Source: Macrostomum hystrix
Lineage: Eukaryota; Animalia; Platyhelminthes
DNA: 64,000 nucleotides
Reading direction: 5' to 3'
Assembly (NCBI GenBank): GCA_950097015.1
Contig: CATNEN010000001.1
Location: 8,308,001 to 8,372,000, forward strand
The position numbers and the translations under genes are program-made. The notes below the pieces were generated by a model, which was not told where the DNA came from, did no database searches, and worked only from the letters and a program-made list of their open reading frames with translations. Shown here piece by piece: positions 35,636-48,138 of this stretch; the first letter of the stretch is position 1, and each line of letters starts with the position of its first letter.

Positions 35636-36495
35636 TTCAACTACTGTACTGTACTGTATTGTACTGTACTGTACTGTACTGTACTGTATACTGTACTGTA
35701 TATCCATAATAAATGAGCTACAAGATATAGCACAAATTATTGATAAAATTGCAAAAAGATGTGAACTACAAAAACAACCAAGGCATTTTGCAACTCCCTA
35801 TTGGACTTTCTCGATCCCGCAATCTCTGTGACTATTGATTCAGACTGATGTTGAATGTGGAACTGTTAATTGACTATATATCTATAAGTTTCCTAGCTTA
35901 GAAGAAGTAATAATTGGCTCAGGTAATGAACCTGTCAAGCCAATGTACGAGTATATTTAAGGCGTCAAAAATGAGGAAGGTAAACAACGATGAATGGAGT
36001 AAGCAGAAGACGCTAAAAACCAAGGACCACTAGAAGAAGATCTGTATATTTTCTTCTAGTGGTCCTTGGCAAAAACATGTAAAGCATGTAAAAGACAAAA
36101 AATGTTAAATACCCTTTCTTAGCGAGCTTTATGAAAATATAAAAAAGAAAAGAAAATTATTACTGAGTAACAAAGATACTCTCCTTCAACTAAAGTGAAA
36201 AGCTTTTGTTAAGAATCGTTCAAGCCGCAATTGCACTTCCGTAGCTTCTTGTCCGCTGACGCAGCAGCAGCACGGTGACTTGCCGAAAAAATACAAAACT
36301 GTCTTTTTGCATCCAAACGCTTAAATTTAGCCAATCTAGGGCTGCAAATTGTTCTTTAAGGTTTAAAGTTAACGTTAAAGACTTCATTTTTAAAGTTTAA
36401 AAAATCCACTCCTAAAGCGACTGTCGCACACGGGCCACGCGCGGGCCGCCGATTTCTTTCCCAGTGGGAAGCTGCAGATAAAATAATCAGTTATA

Positions 36496-39371
36496 ATGAG
36501 AAACATTGTCATCAAAAGCAACCATGGTGAAGGTATTTTTAGTGATTTTCTTTTTTAACTTGAATCACCTCTTTTCCTGGATAGAAATGTGGACTATGAG
36601 GCAGCTCTTGTCGAAATCCATCTGCCTGCTGCATGGCTTAATCTTGACAAAGCTTACTGCATCTCTGTCTTAGATGGAAGAGAGCATGAAGCCCTAGTTC
36701 TTCAACCTGGATGCTTTGGCAAAGTGGAGGAGCTTGTGGAGTCTCTGAATAAGCTGCTAGCCAACTCGCAGCTGCAGTTATTTGATGTTAGAAGTGATAG
36801 AGATGCTGCAATGGAGGCTGATCAGTCAGGTCTGTTGGGACATCTGCACCGGCTGGAGACTATGGAATAAGGTTTAAAATTCACGACTCAATGAGAGTGT
36901 TGCAGAATGGCACAGCTCAGGTGGAGCTGTATCTCCTGCCTCACAGGATTCTGCAGTGGCTTTGATTCAGAAGTCAAGGAATAAAAGTCCCACCTGGACG
37001 TCTCGTATCATCGTATCAGGTACATTCTTTGTCGCGTTGTGAGATTTGATGCCCTGATCAGGGAGGATATTGTGACTGATGGTGCTGTTACTGAGCGCAG
37101 AGACAGCCAAGTGCACCTGGAGAATTTTTTCTAGCTACGGCCTTCTAGGATGTAATTGTCAGCATCAACCAGCGCATTGTCTCTGTAGGAGACCAGCTGT
37201 ATCCCTACCATGCCTACTTAAAAGCTCTCATGAGCTCATCCGATGCCCAGCAGCTCAAGTTTTACCCCGCTGGATTACTGGAACCCAACTCCGTCGATGA
37301 GAGCCACACCGAAAGGTACATGATCTACAACTGGGTGGAACATGCGGGACCCCTCAGCGAAATTTTTCAGTCCCCCGTGTTCCTGCTCAACAACTTGCAC
37401 CTGCACATCAAACTAGTGCCCAGCGATGGAGCCTTTGCCATTAGAGCTCCTGCCCTTAACACCACAGCTTACCGAATGGAAATATCCCACTGCACCCTGA
37501 ACCTTCGCCGTGTCATGGTGGTGCCTCACATCAGCCTGGCTCACGAGCAGGGACTAACGAATCAAAATTGCTCTCTGCCCGATCGAGCGAACTGAAATGC
37601 AGAACTTCATCCTGCCCCATGGAATTCAGTCGGAGAACATCGAGGGATTCACGCATTTGTGAGCAACCGAGCCTTCAACGGTCATCACCACTTCAGCCCG
37701 TTCCAGTTCCAAAGCTTTGAGCTGAGCCAGCTAGCTCTCAAGAAAGGGAGTGAATCAATGTGCCACGGGGCATTGATTCACTCGCCCGAGAACAATTCGT
37801 TTGTGAGTTATAGATACCTGCACGATTTTAAAAGCTGCCAATCTGCAAGCTCCAGCGGTTCAGTTCCCTGGATTCTTTACCAACTTTTCCCGAACAAGAA
37901 CAGTGTTCGCATTCGATCTCACGCCCGAGGGAGCAGCTGTCGTGCGGCCAGAAGGAGGGAAACCTGCGGCTGGAGATTCGCTTTCGACGGGCGCTGGATG
38001 AAGCCGTGTCGCTGATTGTTATGTGCGTCTATTACTCACTGATTGAAGTAACCAAGCACAGGGAGCTCTTGCTGGACTATTTATCTTGAGAGTACTGAAA
38101 GATGGACTCAACTTAACTGTTCTCTCCAACACGGGGCTTTTTGCCCAGCTCCAAAATCGTTATAGTCACTCTCTGCTTTAAGCAGAAAGCTGTCACTGTA
38201 AATGCGGGCCAGAAGAATTTGATAAAAAAATGCTTCAACCAAAATAAAATATACTTCATTCTGCTAAAACACAGCGTCAGTTTTAGACACTGGGTTGTAT
38301 GCCACTTTGCGGATTGAAATACAGTGGATTTATTCAATTCTCTTGGTTGGGATAAATAATCTTTAGCTGCAATTCCTGAATACTTAAAGGCTATAGGTGG
38401 AATGGATCAATTTCAATTGATTTGCAACGTCAATAAAATCCAAAGCGCTCAGAGACTCACAGAGTGCCAGTGAACCAACTGGGTGGAAAGAATTCATTGA
38501 TTTACTAAGACAAAAGAGCCTAAATGTCGCTAAATGTAGGGAAATTTAGGGACCTAAATGTAGTAAAGCAAATTCTACAGCCCACTGCCGATGGCGCTGA
38601 TAGAGTTACCAATGAACAATCCCTAATCAAGGGTTTAGACTGAGTGTGCGTGGCTAAGGCTTAACAAAGGCAAAAGGAGTGGATCTTAGACTGACTGGAG
38701 GCAGGGGCGCCCAGCTTCCTCTCAGGGAGCTGGCTCTCAGCATGGCTAATGTGATCTACCCGCTCGTTTGGCCCCGAGGGCTCATCAAGCAGATGCGTTA
38801 ACCCAGAGTCACCCTGCTGCTCAACCCAACTGGCCAACTAAGCATCTGTGGCGCAAAGTGCTACTCTAATGTCGCGTCTCTTACTAACATTTTACTTTGT
38901 CTTGCCAAACAATGCGTTGTTTTTCAGTTTGCAAAAATATTTTTCAAAGCTGTTTGATGCAGCAGCTAGCTTTGCACTATTTTTCTCGACATACGAAGCA
39001 AATACGGGCTCTTCTCGGAACTCAATCATGCGATTGATGCACTTTATTCTCATTTCATGTCGTAAGTCAAATGCCAGTATGGAAGAATATATAGTCGTGT
39101 CGTGGCAGATGAGCATTAGCTTCTCGGTTCGATTGTAGGCAGAGTCCTCTTTTCCAAATTGCTGCTTCATGTATGCAGGAAACTCGCTGCAACTCGGCGC
39201 CATCTTTTCTGGCGCAAATGGCAAATCTTCAGTGCTGGTATAAATCTCTATCGGGTACAGAAGGTCATCATCAATAAGGTAGGCAACAGAATCTGTCGTT
39301 TGCAGTCCTTGAATACGATCATCTGTCCATAGTTTATTATAATCTAGAAATATTTTATATCTCTCCTCCAA
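36496..39371. mobile_element. Decayed Polinton/Maverick: minor capsid-like (36496-36870 +), major capsid (about 37200-38088 +), adenain-like protease (about 38100-38470 +), protein-primed PolB (38850-39371 -)
   Basis: YEAALVEIHLP..WLN; FLLNNLHLHIKL..LRRV; SNRAFNG..PFQF; FDLTPE..GNLRLEIRF; HWVV..FNSLG..IQ; DLPFAPE..NSFEKYFCKLKNNALFGKT. Many stops and frameshifts. Confidence 0.85.
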
Positions 39372-40475
39372 TCATCGAACCCATCCACATCAACCAGCAA
39401 TCCGAGTTGTGTGCTCATTTATTTATCCTCTGCATTTACAGCTTCTAACGCCTGCACCATGATCATGTGCAAATTCAACTTAATCTGGCACACACAATTG
39501 GTAAAATAACCAAGACTATTTGAACGCTAAGACTCAGAAAGGATTTTACCGGCCTTAACGCTGATGCTTCCTAGCAGTGGAGCAACCGGGTAGTCAGGCT
39601 TGTGATTGCTAAGTTCACTGGGGTTAACTCAAGGATCGGGAATTCTCCAAGTCTAGAGGAATCTCAGACTTAGTTCACAAATAGCGTATCTTCGCCGCAA
39701 GGACTAGATAAAAACTGAGTTAGAAGCAGTGACTTCAAAATTTCGTTTTGACTCAAGGAACTCAAGGAAAACGCAAACGCATGAAGAAAATTAAGCCTAG
39801 GTGAGCGACTAGGGTACACAAAGTGAACTACCACGATGCATACACCATCCCATGTATTCGTCGGACTGTACTCTACTTACAGTAGGAGCATTTGAGCGAT
39901 GTTCTGCCAGTCTTCTTCCGAACCGAAGCGATTGCACCATGGCGTGCAATATGAGTCAGTGCGCAGACAGAGCTGGAACGAGAGAAAGAGGAGGGGGTGA
40001 CGAGCGGAGGTGAGTGTGCACGGATAACCACAGACTTACTTCTCCCAAGCCCTCCCACAGGACCAAGGCAGCGCTGACTCCACAGATTGCCTAGAGGCTG
40101 CTCAGCAGACTACAGCACATCACATGCAAATTATACATACAAGAGGTGGATATCGATAGATCAAATTCTAGTCTGGTCCACATACGAGCTAGAGTCAAGA
40201 GTTGAATTCAATCCTAAAAGCAAAGCGTTAGAGTGAGTGATTGAATCCTAGCTGCTATAGAACTAGATGTAAAAACCGTGAATTCAACAAAATTTAATGA
40301 TAGCAAATGCGTCAGCAGCATAATTTCAATCCATTTTATTTCTTCAAAAAACACATCACAGAAAATAAAAAATAAAACACGGACCCCGACTTTGAATGCT
40401 GTCACTCGAGACACAACGCTTATGGTAAATTGGAATTAATAGTAATCTACTATTCGATCTACTGCTTAGAACTAC

Positions 40476-41090
40476 TCAATTTAATGCACACGCCACCCCA
40501 AAGTCAATGGTGCACTCGCCGACAACGCTGCTGGGAAGCACGAGCTGCATGAAGACTGGGAATTTGACTGCCTCTTGCATAACGGTAGGCTGAGCAGCTG
40601 GCTCACCCTGCTCTAGTTCATGCAGAATGTCTGTTAAACTGATGTCCATGTTTTCAATCACTCTTGCCTGCTCCAGATTTTTGCAGCAATTGAAGGGGTT
40701 TGTTGCTGCTGCTGCTGCTGCTGTCCTTCTGTATTCACGGAATCTTACGAGTACAAGTCAAACTCGAGGTCTTCGAAGAATGCCGTGTTCAGCTCCTCAG
40801 CGGGTGAATCAAGCTGAATAATTGGAATACCATCTTTATTCTTATCATCATTATTGTGATAGTTTATGACCTGATCAGGCATGAATTCAGCTGCAGTAAG
40901 CTCAACTACATCAGCGGAGGCTGCAGTGGCAGCTGCAGCGTCGAGGACATCAGGTGCGGCGGTGATGGAGGGTCGAACATCGGCTGCAGCGGCGGAGGCT
41001 GCGACCACGACAAAGGCGACAGGGGCATCAGGGGCGGCGGCAGAGGAGGTATCAGATTTTAGTGCATATCCATTAAATAGTCTGGCTAAG
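40476..41090 (-). pseudogene. Ala-rich/acidic ORF remnant with a premature stop; origin unknown
   Basis: Consecutive ORFs 40745-41008 and 40476-40661 with protein-like composition. Confidence 0.3.
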
Positions 41091-41249
41091 CGGCGGGCGC
41101 ATTAGCTCAGACTCTGCGGGCTTCGTCGTGCCGAGCAGCTTCGAGGGCAGCAGATCGGGACGCATCCATGTCAGGCCACCGGTCGCGGGTAGTCAGGCCA
41201 CCGGCAGTGGTGCCAACCGACGAGCCAACCGAGAACCTCGAGATTGGAC

Positions 41250-41870
41250 ATGCGGTCGAGAAGCTGATCAACTGATCAAGGCGTAATCCACCATCGCTGA
41301 GGTAGGCATTGGCGACGAAGATTTAAGAGGAGCCGAGGAAGCCATTGATGCGACGGGTGCTCATGCTATCGAGGGAGCCGTTGAGAATTGCGCCGAATGG
41401 TGTCAGGTAGGCCGTGAGGGTTGGTCGTAGCGCCAAAGCAGGAGGGGTGGGCCGATGAGGAGCTGATTGACGTCGCCACCGAGGATATATCCGTGCCACG
41501 TGCTGGTGGGAGGTTACAGATGCCGTTTGCGACGCTCTTGAGGGTTTTGACTGTCCTTCGGCAGATCGACGGCAGACATGTAGATCGGAGCTGCCAGCTG
41601 ATCAAAATGCAAGCGCAGTGATCGGCCAGCGGCAGCCATCGGGAGCCTGAAAATAAAAACTCACCAGGTCCGCAGTGACATGGCTTCTGGAGTCTGTATG
41701 GAAGGTGGAGGTGGCGATTGAAAGCCTCCTGGTGGCCTTGAGAACAAGCTTTTTAGCGATGGCGCCGTCGATGTGTGAATAGGAGCAGCCGGAGTCGAGG
41801 AGAATATTACACTCGACAGTGCGGCCATCCTTCGGGTTGACGGCCGTTGCGCGGAGAGTCGCCATGATAG
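41250..41870 (-). mobile_element. BEL/Pao-type aspartic protease fragment
   Basis: MATLRA..NILLDSGCSYSHI motif. Confidence 0.75.
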
Positions 41871-42296
41871 TCCCAAGTGAGTTTGTCGCCTCCTGGGACT
41901 CCGCATCTTCCGAGGCGGGCGTTGGAGCTGGGGTTCAGCGGGCGGTGACTGGAGCTGATGTTCTCGCTCCGTGAAGAGTAGTATGATGCGGCGTGTCGCA
42001 CTCTCGGCATCGTGGGCTGTAACGGCTCCAGATGGCCCTGCCGCGACCTCCGCGCTCTCCTTGGCCTTGTCAGCGTCGGATGCGCCGGCCTTGGGATGTT
42101 GGTGGCCGGCGCGGCGGATCCAGGTGGCCCGGCCGCGTCCTTCGCTCCCGCCACGTAGGCTGGCGTTTGGCGCCCACCAGTCGCAGCCGCCGCATTGTGG
42201 CGGCGTTCGTTGCGCTTCTGGTTGCGCCGCAGACGCGCCTCTTCCAAGCGCTTGCGGTTCGGCTTGCGCCGGTTTTTCTCGTCGGTCCTGGGATCG

Positions 42297-44330
42297 GCGA
42301 CGCGAGTCTAAAGCTTTCGGTAGCACTGGTCGAGGCGGCCGGTCGTCATTGAAGTCAATGACGAGAAGACCGTTGCGCACCTCCAGCTCTTCAAATGCAC
42401 CCAGCAAGTCTCTCACCTCCTTCGGCATCTGGATCGAACCTGGGCTTTTCTTTCCCTGACAGCTTCAGCTCAATCAGGTACCGGATTGCTGTGTCCTGGT
42501 GCTGTGCTTCTAGCAACTAAGCCTGGCTAACCGGCACCTTCAGGAACACTGTTACCACTGCTCTTACCGGAGGCAGTTCTCCACTGTCTTCGTCCTCCTT
42601 CTCCTTGGACCCAGGAGCCCTGGCAGCAGGGGGTGCCCTTGACAGGCGAGACTGGTCGCAGCGAGTCTGACAACACCCCTCCACCTCTGCACCCTGTTCC
42701 ACGGAGAGACCAACAGTCGGCAGGCAGGACTGGCTGCAACCAGCTAACTGCTGATCTTCCTGACCCGATGACTCTGACACAGCGGAATCTGCATCTCATC
42801 CAGCATCTTGTCTAGCTGTTCTATCAAGTGAGGCGGGTTTCTCCTCGGTGGAATGCGGACTAGGGTAGTAATGTGCCGTGCATATGCACTTTGCCCTGCT
42901 GTGTGTGACCCGTGTTTATGTCTGCCCCACCCCTTCCTGCACCCGTGCCTGCCTAGGTCAGGGTTTGTAAGAGGCTTACGCCTCAACCCTGGCCTAGCCC
43001 CTCTCTCTGCTCTGCGCCCACCTGCCGATGCCCAAGCGTTGCGCAAGCCCGGCCACCCCACCTCTCCACCCCTCCCCCGCCTGGACCATTCGCATTGGCT
43101 GGGGGCCGGTAAGTCCTGTGGCCCAAGGCTTTGTGGATCGTTTTTCTGTCTCACTTCTCTACCCCTGTACCGTAAGTATATAAGCTTGTTTTTCTATCTG
43201 CAAATCCGAGCGCGTGTGTTATCTATCTGCCAGTCCGGGTCTTGTTTATTATTCACGCACCGTCAATACACGCCTTTCCGCTATCAGCTTGGGTGAGAAA
43301 GCATAGGTGAGTTCGTGTCTTCTTTCTTCCGGGAGTGCCGCGTTGGGCGGGTGGGAAGACTGAGTGAACTTTCGCTCCGTTAGGGACCTGAGACGAGTGA
43401 ACTCTCGCTAGTCCTAGGGTGGTTGGTTCTGCGAACTCTCGCGGAACCAATCAGACTTGTTAGGCCTAGGCAGGGTTGGACTGGGACCTGGGTGTCTCGG
43501 GCGGTGGACCCAATCCCATCTCCCTCCGTCGGCCATTAGGCCAAGACAACAGTAGGATCCGGCACAATGATCTCATGAGTAACCAAGTCAGTGACACCAT
43601 GGTCCAGAGGAAGCATTGCGAATGCTTCGCGGCACTCTCTCAACATCTCCTTAACCCGATGCCACTGTTCCTCACTCAACATCTCACAGATCTCCACATC
43701 ATCGCTCTCTAGCCCTTCTGCCTGAACCTGCCTGACTGGCGTCTCCTCTGGCTCTGGTAGATACTCAAAATCATCTGCCTTCAATGGCCTTGCCAGCCCT
43801 ACAAGTCCATTGCAACGAATGACAGCCGGAAAGCAAGAGGTGTTGATGATTTTAACAAATACTGTCCCTTCCGCCATTGTCAGCAATGTCGGAGCTATCT
43901 TTACCTGAGACGCCCCTTGCTTCAGTTCTGACTTAAGGGGGACTCAACAAGCAGCGGCGTGCCATGACAGTCTGTCCGGCCACCCGCTAGCTTCACCGCC
44001 ACGAGCATCGAAGAGCGCGCTGGCACAGTGGTCTGCTTATGTGAGTAAACACGACTGGCCCTCGCTTCTCGCCTCGTGAATCTCAGCGTCACTCTGTTTC
44101 CTGACTTCATGGTCAGCGTTTCCTTCGGAAAGTCAATCTTCTGGGTGTGCTGGCGCACGAAATTAATTCCTAAGATGTTCTCGTGCTCGCCCTTTTTCAC
44201 ACAGAAATCGACGTCTACTGCGTATTCGCCGAGCCTGATCTCAAAGGCGACGACTCGCTCTAAGACAGGCGACCAAGAAACATCAAAGTTTCACAGGGTA
44301 CTTTCTCCATAGCATAGCGTGTGGTACTAC
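42297..44330 (-). mobile_element. Rearranged Gypsy pol fragments (protease-adjacent region, RT N-terminus, and a second copy of 15230-15720)
   Basis: ILGINF..IDF, TTVPARS, VTHEII, PPRRNPPHL..KMLDEM, plus direct similarity to 15230-15720. Confidence 0.8.
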
Positions 44331-44422
44331 ATGCCGAAGAGATGCAAGCGTCTCACTTCCAATCAGACAGCGCCTGCTCCCTGAATCTAGGAGAAAAGGC
44401 AGTTTTCTTAGAAACCATCGCC

Positions 44423-44523
44423 GTCACATAGAGGTCAGCGTTGGATCCGCGTCACATAGGGGTCAGCGTTGGATCAGCGTCACATAGGGGTCAGCGTTGG
44501 ATCAGCGTCACATAGGGGTCAGC
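44423..44523. repeat. 28-bp tandem repeat CGTCACATAGGGGTCAGCGTTGGATCAG
   Basis: About 3.5 visible copies. Confidence 0.9.
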
Positions 44524-44957
44524 ATCTGGCATGACATGTATCTATCTATCATGATCTGGTACCAGATAATTGTTATTCTAACTGTTATTATAACAGCGGT
44601 GACGGATGCGTTAAATGAGGTTTAGTGGAACCATCCACAACAGCGACATCTAGGTGCGAGGGAGCAACAGGAGGCCAGTGCCCGGTGGGACATTACTATA
44701 CGCCCCCTCTGTACGCCCCACCCTGCGCCTCCCGCCGGGCGCACAGCGCCCGGGCGTATAGAATGTCCGTGCGCCCGCGACAGCGCCCCGCCGGGCGCGG
44801 GGCGCAGGGTAGGTGGAAGGGGGGTGGGGGTGCAGTGTAAATAAAATTCGGCGCATATCCTCAAAGTCTACTGTTAGTAGGCTGTGCAGTATTTTTGAGC
44901 GCCGTAAAAAGCCTAGCTTTTTAAAAGGTCCGCTCCTACCCAGCAGCTCCGCTACTG

Positions 44958-45142
44958 TGGGTCATCAGTGGGTCACAGCCTATCACTGTCTCATCAGTGG
45001 GTCACAGCCCATCAATGTCTCATCAGTGGGTCACAGCCCATCACTGTATCATCAGTGGGTCACAGCCTATCACTGTATCATCAGTGGGTCACAGCCCATC
45101 ACTGTATCATCAGTGGGTCACAGCCCATCCTGCACTGTATCA
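44958..45142. repeat. 29-bp tandem repeat CATCAGTGGGTCACAGCCCATCACTGTAT
   Basis: About 6 visible copies. Confidence 0.92.
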
Positions 45143-45804
45143 TGAAAGTAATGGGACGCAGATAAACAACAGTTTTTATAAATCGCAGTTTTCTAAATAA
45201 ATAATGACTCCGCATTCTCTACAGTGCTGCTCTTGTAATTTTCCGCCCTACTTTATTGTATAGTTAATATTATTATTCATATATTTTGTTATACTCCACT
45301 TGTAGTTCTAACTACCATAGTAATTCGTACCTTACACTTCTACCCGGTGGGACATTACTATACGCCCCCTCTGTACGCCGCTCCGCTACTGCCCCAGCAG
45401 CTCCGCTCCTGCCCCAGCAGCTCCGCTCGCCACGCTGCCCCCTCCCTCCTGACCATGTACTTTTCATACGTATGTTTCATTTTTTTGTATGCATGCCGTA
45501 TATATAAAGCTTTACTTTGAATTTAAAGTCACTTTAAATAAATAAAATTGAACATGCTCATGTAATTTTTCTATTCGTCACCGCTATAAATGGTTTACGA
45601 ATATGTTCATTCTAGTCTCATTAAATACTTTTGACGCTGCTAAAGGTACAAATTTATTATCAATTTCAAAGCGAATATGCAAGCCATGATTGAAAAGAAA
45701 AGTAAAGAATGCTTTACAGTATCATCAAGCAAAGACAGTACGGTATAAGTGATTCAAAGTACAAAAATTAGTCCACATTTTGTCGCTACAAAATGACCTT
45801 CTAC

Positions 45805-46770
45805 AAGATGCACCGAGCGCTGAGGTACTACTACAAGGAGAAGCTAATTACCAAGATCCACCCAAGATCCAAGAACCACTTCTACAAATTTCACTATAAC
45901 CACGAGAAGTTAAAATGTTACAATGTCTCACAAATCCCAACAATACCCTAGAAATCACATGATTTCTATTGATTACATCACTCAGAATTACATCACGGAT
46001 TGTCTGATTGTCAGTTGCGCTACTTCACTCATGTAAACAAGTATGAGATCTGAAATGTCCAGCTAGCGGTGTACTGCAGTATTAAATATGAATTGGGTTT
46101 TGTTTTTCTTGCTTTTTTATTTTAAGTGTAACACTACCTGTGCTAGCTTGTTTGCTTATGAGGTTTGTTTTTAGATAAGGCACATTTGGGGGGATCTAGG
46201 CTGAACATGACATCTAAAACCACAGATAGGAATTCTAGAACAGAATTCATTTCACGAGTGAAGCGGGGATGCACATTACCCAACAATACCCTAGAAATCA
46301 CATGATCCAGACAATGACTCAGAATTAAAGTACGGATTGTCCGATTCTCAGTTGCGTTACTTCACTCATGAAAACTATTTTTTCTTACGGATATGTTTTG
46401 TTCTGTTTTCTCGTGTTTTCTCATATTCCCCATGCATGACTTATCATCTGTAATTAAACCTTGATTTTGAAGACATGTAATTAAGACAGACTGTTTCCTA
46501 TAAAAGTATGAGATAACTACAAGTACTTATAAATGCTATATAAATGCTACTTATAAATACTATAAATAAACTAATTGTTGCTGCACATTATTTCATAAAC
46601 TACAACAAACAAAACAAAAAGATTATTCAACCTTGTTGCGAGCGCAGCCGTTGAACTCCATTGACATGAAATGAGTCCGTGAAGGTCGCTGATCGTTATC
46701 TAACCTGCTAAACTCGGCCAGATACAGCTCGCCGGGATGCTGGGCCAACTGCAACTCGACGCTGAGTAGC
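45805..46770 (+). pseudogene. 3' fragment of an ETS gene (KMHRALRYYYKEKLITKIHPRSKNHFYKF) plus its 3' flank, with a HES-promoter piece inserted at about 46148-46270
   Basis: Similarity to 18523-19170 and 32711-32840. Confidence 0.88.
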
Positions 46771-47928
46771 TGATTGAATTAGAATAGACACTAATATCAA
46801 TGTCATCCGCAGCTTCCGTTTCTTGACACGCCTGACCGTGTACCAGGCGTCAGGTGTTCATGGAGAACGTCTGGAAAAAATATGGAATGTTTCAAAACCA
46901 ATTTACATATTTATATTTGTCTATAACGATTGCCTGTAATCAGATGGGAAGCATGCTAATCTTTTAAGTGAGCTAGTTTAAGGGTCGCAGAGTAAATGTT
47001 AGTAGCAGCTTAGTATAAATGTTAGTTGAAATAAAAAAATGTACTTTTGCTACGAATTGTAGCAAACTCTTAGCTACAGGGACACAGAGGTCAGATGGTA
47101 AGCATGCGAATCTTACAAGTGTTAGCCAGCTTAAGGGTCGGAGTGTATATGTTAGTAGCAGCTTAGTATAAATGTTAGTAGAAATGAAAAAATGTACTTT
47201 TGCTACGAATTGTAGCAAAGCAGGCAAGCAAAGCAAGTGAGCAAGTGCAGGAACACGAAGCAAGGAGTGTTGGATAAATATGTTGGTTATCATGCTAAGC
47301 TAAAGCTAAGAAGCTAAACATTTAGGCTGTGCATCAAGCTAATAAATAAATATGAGTGAAACAAAGGAAGACAACAAGCAAAGATTTATTCCAAAATATG
47401 ACTCAAATGCATGACTCAAATGCGTCCCTCGCATGAGTAGCAAGCGTCCCTCAAAGTCAAAAATGCGTCTGAAATGACGAAGCGGGAGGTTTCGAGGTGT
47501 GTTAGCAGCTTGTTATTGGACAGCATGAATGTGGAGTGAGGGGTTTGTCTTCGTACGCAGTTGCTATCTGCTTCTTTAAATTTGCAGATAAACTTGCTAT
47601 AAAGCTTGGAGGATGGCTCATGCAATTTTCTGGTTAAACACGAACACGACACGACACGACATATGACATTATGGCTACAATCATATTGAATGTGAGTACA
47701 TTTTGCGACGTTGTAATATTGCATTAGCATTGTAGTGTGACAATCACATTTTGATAAATGGTGCTATAATGGCTAAAAGTAAATATTGTTTTACCAGAGT
47801 CAATGAAAACTTACACCTGCAAACGGGTATAAATTTACTACTATAGCGCTTATTTAAAGAATTAACGATTAAGGATTAAGAATTAAGGAATAAAGGTATC
47901 ACATATAGGTAGCTTAGACAAACCTCAT

Positions 47929-48138
47929 TTATTTCTTCTGTGAGGGAGGGCACCGGGGCTTCGGCGGCGTGAAATTAGTGGCCGCCCCGGCCCCTCCCTT
48001 CACCTTCCACCACTGAATCTTTTCTCCGACTCCGACGGTCGTGGGCTGCAGCGCCCAGGGGCTGCTGGGCTGTTGCTGCAGCTGTTGCTGCTGCTGTGGC
48101 TGCTGCTGTGGCTGCTGCTGTTGCTGCTTATTATCCAT
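47929..48138 (-). CDS. PolyQ microprotein copy 2, intact, 69 aa
   Basis: ATG-to-stop ORF. Differences from copy 1 in the TNFTPP core are all synonymous in this frame. Confidence 0.65.
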   Translation of the reverse strand: MDNKQQQQQPQQQPQQQQQLQQQPSSPWALQPTTVGVGEKIQWWKVKGGAGAATNFTPPKPRCPPSQKK

